A stretch of 64,000 bases of DNA. Source: the human T2T-CHM13v2.0 reference genome, Homo sapiens. Under the pieces are notes generated by a model, which was not told the DNA's origin, ran no database searches, and saw only the letters and a list, made by a program, of their open reading frames with translations. Positions 43,406 through 55,979 of this stretch are shown here, piece by piece. The stretch lies in NCBI RefSeq assembly GCF_009914755.1, contig NC_060932.1, one strand, 5' to 3'. Both the position numbers and the translations under genes were made by a program. How positions within the stretch are numbered: position 1 is the first letter of the stretch; each line of letters begins with the position of its first letter.

Positions 43406-44128
43406 TCTTCTGTTCTGCTGTCTTATCCATCACCTGTAGAGGAGTGGGTTTGAGCCCACACACCACCCATCTGGAAAGGCCCCTGGGGCAGAAGAGGCGT
43501 GGGGCCAGCTACCTCCCTCCAGACTGATAGCTTTAGCATGCATACTTGAAATGTCGGTTAAGGAGTTGCTCTCTCTGCCTTCCCTTGGAAAGTAAAACCT
43601 CTCCAGATGTAATTTTTTTTTCAAAATGACTGAGGGCTCCCTGGGGAGGAGTCCACGTACAGCTGCTGTGTGCCCCCATTGGTCAAGTGAGCCATTAAAA
43701 CATCCATGACTGGTCTGAAGGGGACCCTTGGGCTACATCTAGCAACTGCAATCGCCCACCCTGTTACCCTGACATGAGACTGCCCTCTCTGTGGGAGCCT
43801 TGCTCAGGCCACGAACAGAGTTAGGTGAGAAGGAACATGTGCTTATTTAGTCTCTTTTCCCAATTCTGTCCTTAGCTGGAGAGACCACGCACCAGTGGAG
43901 ATTGGTCCTACCAATCTTCAGACCTACACCTGGCATTACTCAGGACCAGTGCCCCGGAATAGAGGAGGGCAGGGTCAGGGGAGACTACAGAAGGCTGTGA
44001 GGCAGGTTTGGGTACATGAAGGATAAGCAGCCACTTCTCAGGAGGCTCTTTGTTCCCCAAAATAAGCACCTCCCCTCTTTATCTCAGGACTCTGCTGCAG
44101 TTGGTACTTTTCACCCCAACTTTCACTG

Positions 44129-44333
44129 CAGTATCTCTAAACAAGTGCTATTGGCAGTTTGGGTGGGACAATTCACTGTGCAGGACTACCCTCTGCAATG
44201 CAAAACATTGAACGTCCTTGCTCTTAGCCCATTAAATGATAGCGACTCACCCAGTCATTGTGACAATGCAGAACTCCTGAACCATTTCTATATGAAGCAT
44301 AGGGGTGGTACCACCCTCAGGTGAAAGCCAGGG
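44129..44333 (-). mobile_element. MER20-like hAT-Charlie MITE
   Basis: gctattggcagtttgggtgggacaattc..; cccagtcattgtgacaa; matches the antisense MER20 layout. Confidence 0.7.
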
Positions 44334-45164
44334 AGTTAAGGAGTTTGAAGGAGCTTTTGTTCAGTGTAAAGAATGCATTGAGCATTCTGAGGTTTTGTTA
44401 ACTATTAATGCTAAATCTTCATTGAGACAGCTAGACCCTCTGTAACAGAAACAGGATCCTTTGCCATATAGGGCATTGAGGAGGTTAGTTTTGGTAGAAA
44501 AGCTTGAGGACAGAATCCTCAGTATCAGGACCTACTCCGTGGATGGGGTTCACTGGGAGAAAGGGTGAGAGGACACAGATGAAAGGCTTGGGTACCCAGG
44601 GAGTATACAGCATCAGGAAGCTGGAAAGCCTTGGGAGTGTTCAGGAGGGAGGTGGAGAGCCGCGATGGGGAGATGGGAGTGGAGATAGAACACCTCACAC
44701 AGGACAGCCCCTTTTCCCCATTTCAACCATCTCCTTGCCAAGACTCCCCTGGTGATTGATGCCCAAAGACTGCAGAGCTATGAAAGGTTGTTGGCCATCA
44801 AAATCCTTTCTAGAGTCGCATCCAGGAGTGGCTGTGCTGGCCGTAACAGTGTCGTCAAAACTTCAGTGAGGAAAATCCAGGCTGGTCAAGCCTGCTGTGT
44901 GATTGAATATCCAATTTTCCAAATAGCTACAGCAAAGCAGAAAGTTCCATCCTGAGTATCTTCCATATGCTGAGGCCATGCTGGACACAGATGGAGAAGA
45001 AATAGCTGACAGGCTCAAATATTTCCCTCTGTATGGGGTAGTGGGCATGTCAGCAGACATCACACTACAGTGTGCTACATGAGACAGGACCCTACGTAAG
45101 GGAGAGAGGTAGAAGAAAGAAGAACAGCAGCATCAGAACAGTTTTCAGAGAAGAGCTTTTAATG

Positions 45165-45528
45165 AGAGATATCTTTTTATACTTATTTAATTTATTGATT
45201 GATTTTATTGATATAAACTTAAGGGGTACAAGTGCAGGTTTTTTCATGGATATATTGCTTAGTGGTGAAGTCTGGGCTTTTACTGTGACAGTCACTCAAA
45301 TAGTGTACATTGTACCAATTAAGCAATTTCTCATCCCTCAACCTCTTCCCACCTGCTCACCCTTCTGAGCCTCCAATGTCTATTATTCCACACTCTATGT
45401 CCATGTATGCACATTATTTACCTTCCACTTGTGAGAACATGCAGTATTTAACTTTGTTTCTAAGTTATTTCACTTAACATAATCTCCTCCAATTCCATCC
45501 ACGTTGCAGCAAAAGACATGATTTCATA
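45165..45528 (-). mobile_element. L1PB3/4-like 3' end
   Basis: ggggtacaagtgcagg..catggatatattgcttagtggtgaagtctgggc ... ttccatccacgttgcagcaaaagacatgatttcat. Confidence 0.88.
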
Positions 45529-46136
45529 AGAGCTACTTTAATAGTGAGGCAGAGGTAGAGGAAATGGCATGAGCAAAAGTATAACGTATTAAAAAAAATG
45601 TGTTGAGTGGAGGGGAATGAAGTGTTTGGAAACCATAGCTGCTTTTTTGTTTGTTGGTTGGTTGATTGGTTTATCATCAATATGCTTTTGTTTACCATTT
45701 CATCTGGGTTGGTTTGGCCTGCCTCACTAGGCATCTGCTGATGTTCACTAGCTACAGGAAACCTTTGGAAGGCTGTGGGGCCGGCTTTTCCTCTCCTTTC
45801 TCTTTGGCCTGATGACAGACTTTCTCATATAATTCCCTCTCTAACACAAAGTGGTCATGGCAGATGAAACACCCTATGTTGTCAGTTTCACTGGGGTTGC
45901 TGCTATTTGTGGCCTAAGTGAGTGAGTGCAGGTAGGCAGGTGGAAAGGAGACTGCCCCTTCCATGCATGCTCTTCCATGTCCCTGTGTGAACCAGCTGAA
46001 AGATGGTGTCTAGAAATCTTGAGAATAATGAATATTTCAGTCTTGGTAGTTGTGCCATCAGGCAGCCAACTGGATGTGTTGAATTCTGTTTTATCTGTAC
46101 CTAAAACTCAAATGCACTCAACCTTGAATTAAAATC

Positions 46137-46481
46137 TGCTATACATTGAACATCTGTGTCCTCTCAAAATTCGTATCTAATCATCAATATTAGGAAATGA
46201 GGCCTATGGGAGGTAATTAGGTCATGAGGGTACAGTCCTCACAAATGGGATTAGCAATCTTATAAATCAAGAGAGACCTCATGTCCCTTCCACCATATGC
46301 AGAACTAATGAAAAATAGCCTTCTGTGAAGCAGAAAGTGGTCCCTAATCAGACACCAAATCTGCCAAGCACCTTGACCTTGGAATTCTAGTAGGCTCTAT
46401 AACTGTGAGAAAAAAATTTCTGTTGTTTATAATCCACCCAGTCTACATACTCTGCTACAGCAGCCCAAATTGATAAAGACA
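46137..46481 (+). mobile_element. MLT1A0-like solo LTR
   Basis: tgctatac..gtgtcctctcaaaattc; gggaggtaattaggtcatgaggg; cagacaccaaatctgcc ... gataaagaca. Confidence 0.88.
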
Positions 46482-46869
46482 TACTAGAAAGAAGAATTTT
46501 GAGTTGAGAGGCCCTGAAGTGCACAAGACAAGAAGGAGTTTTGCGGCGAAACCCAGACCCCAGTGAGCAACACCACCTCTGCCTGCCCTGTGTCCTTGGA
46601 CAAATTACTGGATGCCCTTCCTCCCAGTCAAAGGCCCCTTCTGCCTTCTAGATAATAAAATAGGAAAACTGAGACCTACTTCATAGCTCAGTTTACAATC
46701 AAAGAAGATACGCCATGGGAAAGTACTTCGGCAAGTGCAAAGTTCTGTCCCAGGTGGGTGGAGGAAAGCAAGGAGAAGGGGAGGCTGTCCTGGAGGCGCC
46801 TGAGGTGGGAAATGAAGACAATCCCAGTTAGTGCAGCCTTGTTTGTGCCACAGGAGAGGCCCCACAAGC

Positions 46870-47500
46870 CCTTCATTCCTAATTACCCTTGGATAATGAA
46901 TGAATACAATGGTAAATGTTATTAGAATAATTGACTATTCATCAAGAACAAGAGACAATTAGAATAATTCCCTATTAGTATTCACATGTCCCCTCGCTGA
47001 AGGCGGCTCCCTCCACCTTGGGCTCCCAGGACTCCCATTAAAGGTGCAGGATCCCCCTTGGGCAGCACCAGCCCACATCCAGCAGGGTTATTAGGAAAGG
47101 GGAGTTATTGGCTGTGTAATTAACTATGTAATTAACTCAGAGTGCCGAATGCAATCAGCATCTAATCTAATAGAAATGTGTAATGAAGTTGGGTCTTTAA
47201 TCCCTGAGAAAATCTCTGGATTTGGGTATGGGAATCAATCTGGCAGGGTGCCCCCAGGTCTCCATTATCTTCAATTAGACAATTAATTGATATTCAAGTT
47301 ACCTTTCTCATTCAAACCTAATTGAATTTCTCCCTACTCCCCATGAGGTGTAATGTGTTTATAAAGATGCTCCTCTCCACTCACCGACTAAAGAATCCAC
47401 AGTAAAGCGGTCATCACCTGTCTCCCACTGCCACTTATCTGGATATTAGATGCCAGCAAGTGGCCCCTTTAAGAGATTGATTGGCGCTTTGCTTTCTCCT
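46870..47500. promoter_or_regulatory. Candidate conserved non-coding element / homeodomain-bound enhancer
   Basis: Repeat-free; tandem tgtaattaact x2 (47115-47137), tcaatta-N6-taattga (47271-47290), TAATCC and many TAAT/ATTA cores. Motif inference only. Confidence 0.5.
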
Positions 47501-47902
47501 TGGTACCTTTGTATCCAAACAGTGCAGTGGTGACTGGCTGGAGAGCAGCTCCATGTGTGACTAATGAAATTTTTTCTCCTTATTGCTCCTATGTCAGGCA
47601 ATTGTAGCCAACATCTCCATTTTGTTTTCTAGCTCCCTTTTGCTTCTCCCTGACTCAGCTGTCTTCTCCCTAAATCCCCGTTTTATCCTCCTAGTCCAAC
47701 TTCCAGCAACCTACTGAGCTCTTCTCTGCCCTGCACCGCCTGCCTTCCTCCTCAGATTTAGCTCTTGGTGAGCAAATCATGCAACCTATGTGATTTTGCC
47801 ATGTTTTCTTGCTCTGCAAAAACAATGCTTACAGTCCTAGCACCCTAACAGCTTCCCCAAGGCTAGCTTTCCCAGGGGATTCAGAGAAGCAATTGCACCA
47901 GG

Positions 47903-48122
47903 ATGGGGGAGGAGAGAGACGGAGGTAAGACAGGCATAGAGAGTCAGAAAGACTGTGCGAAATGGAAAGACAGCAGAAGAAGCGGAGAGATGAGAAGAGA
48001 CGAGGGGAGAAGGGGGACACAGGCTGGAGAAAAATGTGAGAGAGAAAAGAGAGAGGATGTGAAGAAGAAAATAGGAAGAGAAAGAGAGAAGGGAAAGGGG
48101 AGGAGTTAAGAGGAGAGAGAGG
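47903..48122. repeat. GA-rich low-complexity polypurine tract
   Basis: About 220 bp, strongly purine-biased on the + strand. Confidence 0.85.
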
Positions 48123-49639
48123 CCTGAGTTTAATATAGCTGTCCTTAAGGACACAGAGCCAGCCAGCTAGCAAGGGGGGAGTGTCAGCCATTCAGGGAGG
48201 ATCTTATGGAAGGCCTGACTATCAAACAGAGGCTCCAGTGGAAGCTGAAGCTTCCAATTGCACTATATACCTGATAGCCTAATCTGAAATGAGAATCTCG
48301 GGGGAGGTGTAGCCATTCTCAAAAAGGCTGCTATTTTTTTTTTAAACAGAAAATATAATAAAACTTTACTTATCCTCTCTGCCTTCAGAAGTTTAACAAA
48401 AGTGCATTCTTTCAGAGGGATCACTTATCTCCAGTGGCAATCAGCTTAAATACGTCCCATTATCAAGCTGCCTGCTACTGTACATCAGCGGGTGTTGTAC
48501 CAACACACAGTCGAGTGTGGATAACATGCCAGTAATTGCTTGTCTGTTTAAAGAAACTCCAGTTCCCAGAGAGGAGAGAGGACAAGTGAAAGCCAGTGAG
48601 ACAGAAGCATGTGTTGGAGCTGGGGCCGGGAGCAGAGGAGGCCTGAACACTGAATGGCAGAGGAGCTTTGCAGAGGAGTTCCGGGGACCTAGGCTTGAAG
48701 ACTAGATCAGGGCTGGGTCAATGAGGCATGGCTGAAAGAGTCCTTCCTTGACATTGCTAAGAACTGGGAACAAAAGGGCAGGTGGAAGAGGTGCAGATAG
48801 GAACCTGTTCTCACTAATCTACAGGGCCAGACTCAGTGATTTGGGGATAGAGGTTGGGGTGTCAGGGTCTAGTGACCCCAAATAACTTCTCTACTTTCTT
48901 CTTGTACTGCTGAGAATGGCAACATTACTTATTTATATTTTGATCACATGATGACCTTTTCTTTACAATTCTTTAAAGTACAGTGGTAGCCTTGCCAGGT
49001 ATTTTTAAGTCTTGAATCATCAATCTGTGTATCCAGACTTCAGTGAGGAGATTGTGTTTCTGCTTTCTTCCTATATCGCCTAACCCAGGGATGGGGATGC
49101 AGGAAATCCTGTATACACATCAGATAAATGGATGATGAACCCACAAAGGTCAATGAGCCCTTATTTATGAGCTTCCACTTCTTGCCAGACCCAGAGCTAG
49201 GCTTCCAGGGTGGTTTATCTCCTTTGATCATCATAAAAATGCCAGCAGGTAAGTAAGTATTGCAAGCCCTGTTTTACCCATGAGGAAGCAGAGGTTCAGA
49301 GTGAGGAGTGACTGGCCTAAGACCACATGCCCAGTAGGAGCTCAGCTCCCAGCCAAGCCTGCAGAGATCAGCGACCAAGCACAATGCCCCAGGCAAGCAC
49401 AGAAGGCAGCAGTGCCAGAACGGAGCTCAGCCTCACCTTACACTTCCAACTCACCTCCACAGTACTGGATGATCCTGAAGGGTATCTTCTCTGTTCCTTC
49501 CTGCTCTGTAAAATGGAAACCATTTCCTGTTTTAAGCTCAAGTCTCAGGTCATTGGTGCTATCAATGGGAGAGGGACAGTGAAATACTATGCAGTGTTCC
49601 TCCCCTACTCCTTTGTCAATAATTAAGAGCTGTACTGTA

Positions 49640-49860
49640 AGTGTCAGTGTGGTGCATGAGGATAAATGCCCCCTCCCATTCTAGTGTTTTCCTTTGCTAA
49701 TAAGCTGGGAGACCTTGGGCAGATCTTTGAACTCCCTGAGTGCTTTCAGCTCCCTTATGTTTAAAACAGAGATAATAATATCTGCTTTTCCAATCCTGCA
49801 GGATTATTCTAAGGATCAAATAGTGTAATGCACATGATAATGCTCTTGAATACACAGAAG
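49640..49860 (+). mobile_element. MIR
   Basis: taagctgggagaccttgggcagatctttgaactccctgag..gtttaaaacagagataataata. Confidence 0.7.
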
Positions 49861-50899
49861 CTTTTCATTTTGTGTATCTAGGTATATTCATATTCATTAG
49901 GTTTAAAGACTAAAACTAGCTATGAAATGCCACTGTCGGCATAGAGAGAGGACTCTGTGTCTTGGCAGACTCTGTTTATAGTTTGTCCTTAAGGATACCC
50001 ATTTGTTTGTTTTAAGAAGAAGATTTGGCTCGCAATAAAGATATTCATGGCTTTCAGGACACGAAAATGTGCCTTGGATGTCACAAGTTTGTTTGAATTT
50101 CACTCCAGGGAGCTGAGCTCAGTAAACACTTTCATGTGTAGGCAGCACCCTTAATCAAGCCGATGAATCTTAACCTAACCTTCACAATAAAAGTTTAAAT
50201 AGAACCCTGATTAAATAATTGTTATTTTCCTGCTGAGAATCTCAGTTGGGATGCCGTCTTTAGTGTAATATGTTATGCAAATGTTATATACAGCATGTAT
50301 ATGTCTCCTCTGCTGCAAACTGTGTCTTTGATCGTACTAACGAAGGGCTGGGAATCAAAGACTAGGTTCTAGTCCTTGTTCTGCCAGTGACTAGCTGTGT
50401 GACCTTGAGAAAGTCACTTAATCTCCCAGAGTCTCAAAGTCCTCATCTTGCACAAAGGATTGAAAGAGATCAATGGCTTGCCCTCATTTATTGCCCCTCC
50501 CCCAACCATGGAATCCATGTTTTCAAAAACGTCTACCAATCTGCATATATTACATGATAATTAATTCATTTCGCCAAGTCTAAAAATCAAAGGCATTTGT
50601 AACTGGTAGACAGAGATTCTGATCAGTCTTATATAATCAGGGTTAACACAATGAGCTATGATAATTTCAAGTAGAAGCAAAGAAGTATGACACTTCAGGG
50701 TGTCCTGTAGCCTCACAATGGATAGATGGGGGAGTGCATTTGACATTGTCAAATATTAACAATAACTCACCAGTCCTTATCACTACCTGTGCCCAACCCC
50801 AGAGTTGTATAAACAGGTTGGGAATCTCCAAAGTGCCCACTCACTCTAAGTTTCTGTCTACTCACTCAAAGCTCTTGTCTAGCTCTCATCATCTACGAT

Positions 50900-52130
50900 C
50901 AAGTCGTTCTGGAGATTTAGGTAAGCATCAAATGAACATATGTTCCTGCCTTCATCATGCTCACATTCTAGTATATGTGGAAGGAAAGGGAACAGAAAAC
51001 AAATATAATAAAATATTAGCTAAATCACAGTGTATCTTAGAAGGTGATAAGTGTTTCAGAAAGACAGAAAGCAGAGGAGGGTGAGGGCTCCTGAGGGTAA
51101 GGTTGCAGTTGATAGTCAGGAGGGTAACATTTGAGCAAAGACTTGATTGAAGGAGGTGTGAAAGGAAAATATCTTGGGCCCCCAAAATCACTAAGCTGAA
51201 GGGAAAATTTGAGCTGGGAACTGCTTAGGGCAAGCCTGCCTCCTATTCTATTGAAAGTCACCCCTCTGCTCACTGAAATAAATGCATGTCTGATTCCCTC
51301 CTTTGGAAAGGCTAATCAGAAACTCAAAAGAATGCATCCATTTGTCTTTCACCTGCCTGTGACCTGGAAACCCCCTCCCTGCTTCGAGTTTTCCCACCTA
51401 TCCAGACAACCAATGTTCATTTTTACATATATCGATCAATGTCTCCTGTCTCCCTAAAATGTATAAAACCAAGCTGTGCTCTGACCACACTGGGCACATG
51501 TGATCAGGACCTCCCGAGGTTGTTGCACAGGTTCGCATCCTCAACCTTGGCAAAATAAACTTTCTAAATTAACTGAGATCTGTCTCAAATTTTTGGCGTT
51601 CACAGAGGCAAAAAAGCAATATACACACACTTAGTGGCGAATGAGCAGGTCGGGCTGAAGCTGTAGTGAATGCAAGGTTCTTGTGGCTGAAACATGCTTA
51701 GCATGCTCAGAAACCAGCAAGAAGGCCAAGCTGGCTGGGCAGGGGAATCTGGTGGGTTGTCAGAGATAAGTCTAGAGAGAGCCTTGTAGACCATTGTGAT
51801 GACATTGGCTTTTACTCTGAGGCAGAAGTCATGGTAGGTTTGGTGCTTGGGTGCAACGGAGTTACGTGGTCTATCTTATGTTTTGAAAAAATCATCTGCT
51901 CATAGGAATTGACAATAGAATGCAGAAGAACAAGTGTGGAAGCAGGAGGACCAGTTAGGAAGCTGTTGCAGTGGTTATCAAGAGACTATAGAGGCTTGAC
52001 AAAGGCGGCAGTGATGGATTGGTGAGAGCAGTCTATTTATGAATACATTTTAAAGACTGAGCTCTCAGGACTTGCCGTAGGATTGACCATGAGGTGTGGG
52101 AGAGAAAGAGGAAGTCAAGGTTTTGGAATT
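50900..52130 (-). mobile_element. L2a, split by a MER4A LTR
   Basis: ctgccttcatcatgctcacattctagt; gtaacatttgagcaaagactt; gccttgtagaccattgtgatgacattggcttttactctgag; ggaccagttaggaagctgttgcagt. Confidence 0.8.
51157..51604 (+). mobile_element. MER4A/MER4A1 ERV1 solo LTR
   Basis: tgtgaaaggaaaatatcttgggcccccaaaatcactaagct ... aataaactttctaaatt ... caca; 4-bp TSD gagg at 51153-56 and 51605-08. Confidence 0.92.
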
Positions 52131-52185
52131 CAAGGTATCCGCTCTGTCCTCTGATGAAGTCACTGCATTGACATATATATCAATG

Positions 52186-52849
52186 TGTATTAGTTCGTTT
52201 TCACGCTGCTGATAAAGACACATCCAAATCTGGGAACAAAAAGAGGTTTAATTGGACTTACAGTTCCACATGGTTGGGGAGGAATCATTGCAGGAGATGA
52301 AAGGCACTTCTTACATTGTGGTAGCAAGAGAAAAATAAGAAGCAAAAGTGGAAACCCCGATAAACCCATCAGATCTTGTGAGACATTATTATTATTACTA
52401 TTATTATTATTATTATGTTCCCAAATTTAAAACTTTTAATTTAGAAGTAAACTTTAAAATGGAAAATGCAAACTTAGGGAGTGCAGAAAGATCACACACA
52501 AGGCTGACACTTCCCACCTGGAGGGTTGCACGGTGACCGGGCAGAGGCGCTCCTCACTTCCCAGACGGTTGGGTGGCTGGGCAGAGGCACTTGTCACTTC
52601 CCAGATGGTGTGGCCGCTGGACAGAGGCGTTCCTAACTTCCCAGATGGTGTGGCGACCAGGCAGAGGCGCTCCTCACTTCCTAGATGGTGCAGCTGCCGG
52701 AGACTTATTCACTACCACAAGAACAGCATGGGAAAGACTGGCCCTCATGAATCAACTACCTCCCCCTGGGTCCTTCCAACAACACATGGGAATTCTGGGA
52801 GATACAATTCAAGTTGAGATTTGGGTGGGGACATAGCCAAACCATATCA
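52186..52849 (-). mobile_element. THE1 solo LTR interrupted by an SVA2-type insertion
   Basis: tgtattagttcgttttcacgctgctgataaagac ... gagatttgggtggggacatagccaaaccatatca; 5-bp TSD caatg at 52181-85 and 52850-54. Confidence 0.94.
52391..52699 (-). mobile_element. SVA2-type retroposon (SVA VNTR plus unique 3' sequence and tail), 5'-truncated
   Basis: Four 40-bp SVA VNTR units (52537-52696), ~120-bp non-SINE-R 3' segment with ATTAAA (52435-40, minus strand), (TAA)n tail, TSD gagac(a)ttatt at 52380-90 and 52700-09. Confidence 0.85.
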
Positions 52850-53399
52850 CAATGTATTACACACATGTAACAGAAGGCTTTGTAGAAAGTCCCATGACTT
52901 ATGATTTTGTATAAATTTCCCTTGACCTCCAGGAAAATCACTTAAATAATTTGTGAGAGCCTATGAGCTTATGTGAATTCTGGAGAAGAATGACATGCTA
53001 TGTTATATCTTACTTGGCAAACATTGGTGGGAAAATCCCATCCCAGAGGCAGTGCTCAAGTGAGGCATAGAAGCCAGAGTTTACTCCTCCATTCCTAAAT
53101 GGACCTTGTTTGTTGAACGTGGAGGGGGCTTTTATAGCTTTTATTTCCCTTGAGATCAGTCTGATACCACAAATCCTAAATGTGTGTGGAAAGTGAAATG
53201 ACCCTGAGAGCTTTCTGCTGATGAACCAAGGTTTGGGAAAACTAGTCCTCTTATTTATAAGGGAAGGAAATAAATGGTTCTCAGTTCCCTACTGATCATG
53301 GAGATGAAATGGATGAAAACTGAAGTGCAACTCAGCACCGTAAAGCCTTTTCAGAACATGATAGAATGTCAATCAATAAAAAATTAGAGCAGACCTAAT

Positions 53400-53660
53400 C
53401 TTTGCAAAAGGGGTTCTGCAGAACATTGGATACAAGGACTACTAATGGGTTTTATCTGAAAAAATTCTATGATATGCATACAAATTTGAGAAATACTAGG
53501 CTGAACAGGGCTAATTGGTTTTCTTTACTTCTTAGAGTCTTTAATAGGCTAAGGATAATATTTTCAATAGGATTGATTTGATATGCAGAATTTTCTAAAT
53601 ATTTGTGGACATGAAACCCTATTTCATCCCCTGAGTAATACCTCACTTTGAGAAATGCTC
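53400..53660. mobile_element. hAT-Charlie MITE (MER112/MER117-like)
   Basis: ggggttctgcagaacatt; aaatttgagaaatactagg; cactttgagaaatgct termini. Confidence 0.5.
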
Positions 53661-54019
53661 ATCTTGACCCCAAAACAGTCTAGGACTAAAACACAGTCAT
53701 AATCATTGAAAGCACGGACATTTTTTATCTAGGATAGATTCTTTGTAATTCTTGCCTGGTGGTAGGTAAGTAAATGAGAGTATCGCTTTGAGCTACCAGT
53801 TTTATGGTTCTATTCATTTAGACTAAATTCAGCAACTTTTTGAGGTATAACTATGGGTCATACCTAGAGGTTTGGTTTCAACACCATTTATACCATCAAA
53901 AAGTTCACAGAATTTTATGAAGGAGGCAACATGAGAATACTTACTTGCCATACAACTTGATAAAGCTGTCCCAGAACTATGTACTAAGATCTAGCAGACA
54001 TAAGTTCAGAAAAAGAAAA

Positions 54020-54235
54020 CAACATAGTAGGTGAAAATATGGCAGAACTTGCAGTCAGCAGACAAGGGTTTGAATTTTGCCTTGTCCATGCCTGACATCT
54101 GGATAGGTTATATATAATCACTCTGAATGTAAGAAAATTAAATATTGCTACCATGCAGGGTTGCCTGGGAGAATAAAAGTACATAAATTTATATGTAAGC
54201 TGGACTGTAGTAGGTACTTAATAAATGTGGCTAAC
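54020..54235 (+). mobile_element. MIR
   Basis: gcagtcagcagacaagggtttgaatt ... tagtaggtacttaataaatg. Confidence 0.6.
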
Positions 54236-55535
54236 ACAAATTTATTAATTGTAATAATAAATGAAGAAAACTACTCCAACAATATTTCTGCCTAGATTTT
54301 ATGGCAAGGATGGGTTAGGAAAATTTATTTAGAGAAAAGGACATTGAAGTTGCTTAAACAAGAAAGTATATGAAGATAAATTAGAAGATAAATTCAGAGG
54401 ACAAGAGATGCAAACATAAGTGGGGTCACAGCATGAGCTATTGCCAGGGCCAGATTGTGAAGATGCTTGTGTAGCAAGATTCAGAGTTGAGACAAGCTGA
54501 TGCATGCATTGGGGGGCCACACTGATGGTTTTAAAGAAGTGGCATGATCAGGACCCATGGTGGATGCATCTTTGTACAATTTATCCTGTCTTGCTTGAGA
54601 GACAAATTGCATTTGCTTCACATCTCTTGATCACTTGAGGGTCTATGGTGTCATGGTGCTCCGAGTGTGGACCACTGAGATTGAAACTCATTTGGTAACA
54701 CTAAGCTCAGACCCATTTTGGCTGCCTCTCCATACCTTAGAATCAGTGTTTTCATATTGTATTGTCCAGAATTTTAAGGTTCAGTGGAGACCATTAACTG
54801 GAAAGCTCCACATCAATTGGATTCCCACTTCTTGAAATTTTTACTTTATTCTGTTTCAACCTGAAATAAACACATGTATGCCCATGTACACACACACACA
54901 CACCACACACAATTCAAATGTTTTATGTACCAAATGATAATACGTGAGAACCTAGTTGCATGTAAAGTTGGATTGCTAGGCTAACATGTTTTGGGGAAGA
55001 TTTCAGTATAAAGCTTGTCACCCTGTATTCTGTAAAGCATTTGAAATTCCTATGGCTAAATCAGTGATTAGTATAATTGTAGCTCAACATCATTTTTATG
55101 CTTTTTATTTTATTTTATTTTATTTTATTTTAATTCAGAACTACACATACTCCTTATCCATTTTAGATTAGGGTTTTCTCAATATTGTGCATCCAAAAGA
55201 AAATACAGGAATTAGCTCTTGAGATGTATATGACTACACTCTTGTCATCCATAATCCTGACTTCAAGTTTTTGTGTTCATCAAAACTTAATCATTGGGTT
55301 GAATTTATAGTAAGTGACTGATAAAAATGTAAATTCATACATATATAGAACAAAATATTATTTTCTCTGTTTTATGTGCTAAGGTCCCATATTAGATATT
55401 ACTTGAAAAGGAAGGATTTTTTTTTTTTGCTAAATAATAAGAGTTAAGAAACTCACTGTCATAGGACACACTTTCCTTTCCTGTATATGTGAATGGTTTT
55501 GCCTGTGGAAAGATGAGAAGAAGCAAGTGGTGATG

Positions 55536-55938
55536 TGATATAGTTTGGATGTTTGTCTCCTCTAAATCTCATGTTGAATCTCAACATTGAAGGTGGGGCC
55601 TAGAGGGAGATGTTCCATCATAGGAGTGGATCCTTCATGAATATCTTAGTGCCATGCCCTTGGTGATAAGTGAGTTCTCGCTCTTAGTTCATGTGAAAGC
55701 TGGTTGTTTAAAGAGACTGGCATCTTTCTTGCTCCCCCTCTTTTGCTCCACCTCTCTTGCAGTGTGTTACAATGGCTGTCTCTTCCATGATTGGAAGTTT
55801 CCTGAAGCCCCCACCAGAAAAAGATGCTGGTGCCATGCTTGTACAGCCTACAAAACTGAGAGCTGAATAAACCTCTTTTCTTTATAAATTACCGGGTCTC
55901 AGGTATTTCTGTATAGTAATGCAGAACAGACTAAGGCA
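55536..55938 (+). mobile_element. MSTB-like solo LTR
   Basis: tgatatagtttggatgtttgtctcctctaaatctcatgttgaa ... cagactaaggca; 5-bp TSD tgatg at 55531-35 and 55939-43. Confidence 0.92.
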
Positions 55939-55979
55939 TGATGGTAAAACCAGTGCATTAACAGCTTCGGCTCCACATT

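Noticed and set aside
47453-47468. CTCF-like motif ccagcaagtggccc
   Set aside because: It mismatches a core position and is too weak to call from sequence alone.
52537-52696. Regular 40-bp repeat array as a possible CRISPR-like array
   Set aside because: The units are contiguous with no unique spacers, match the SVA VNTR, and sit in primate DNA with no cas genes.
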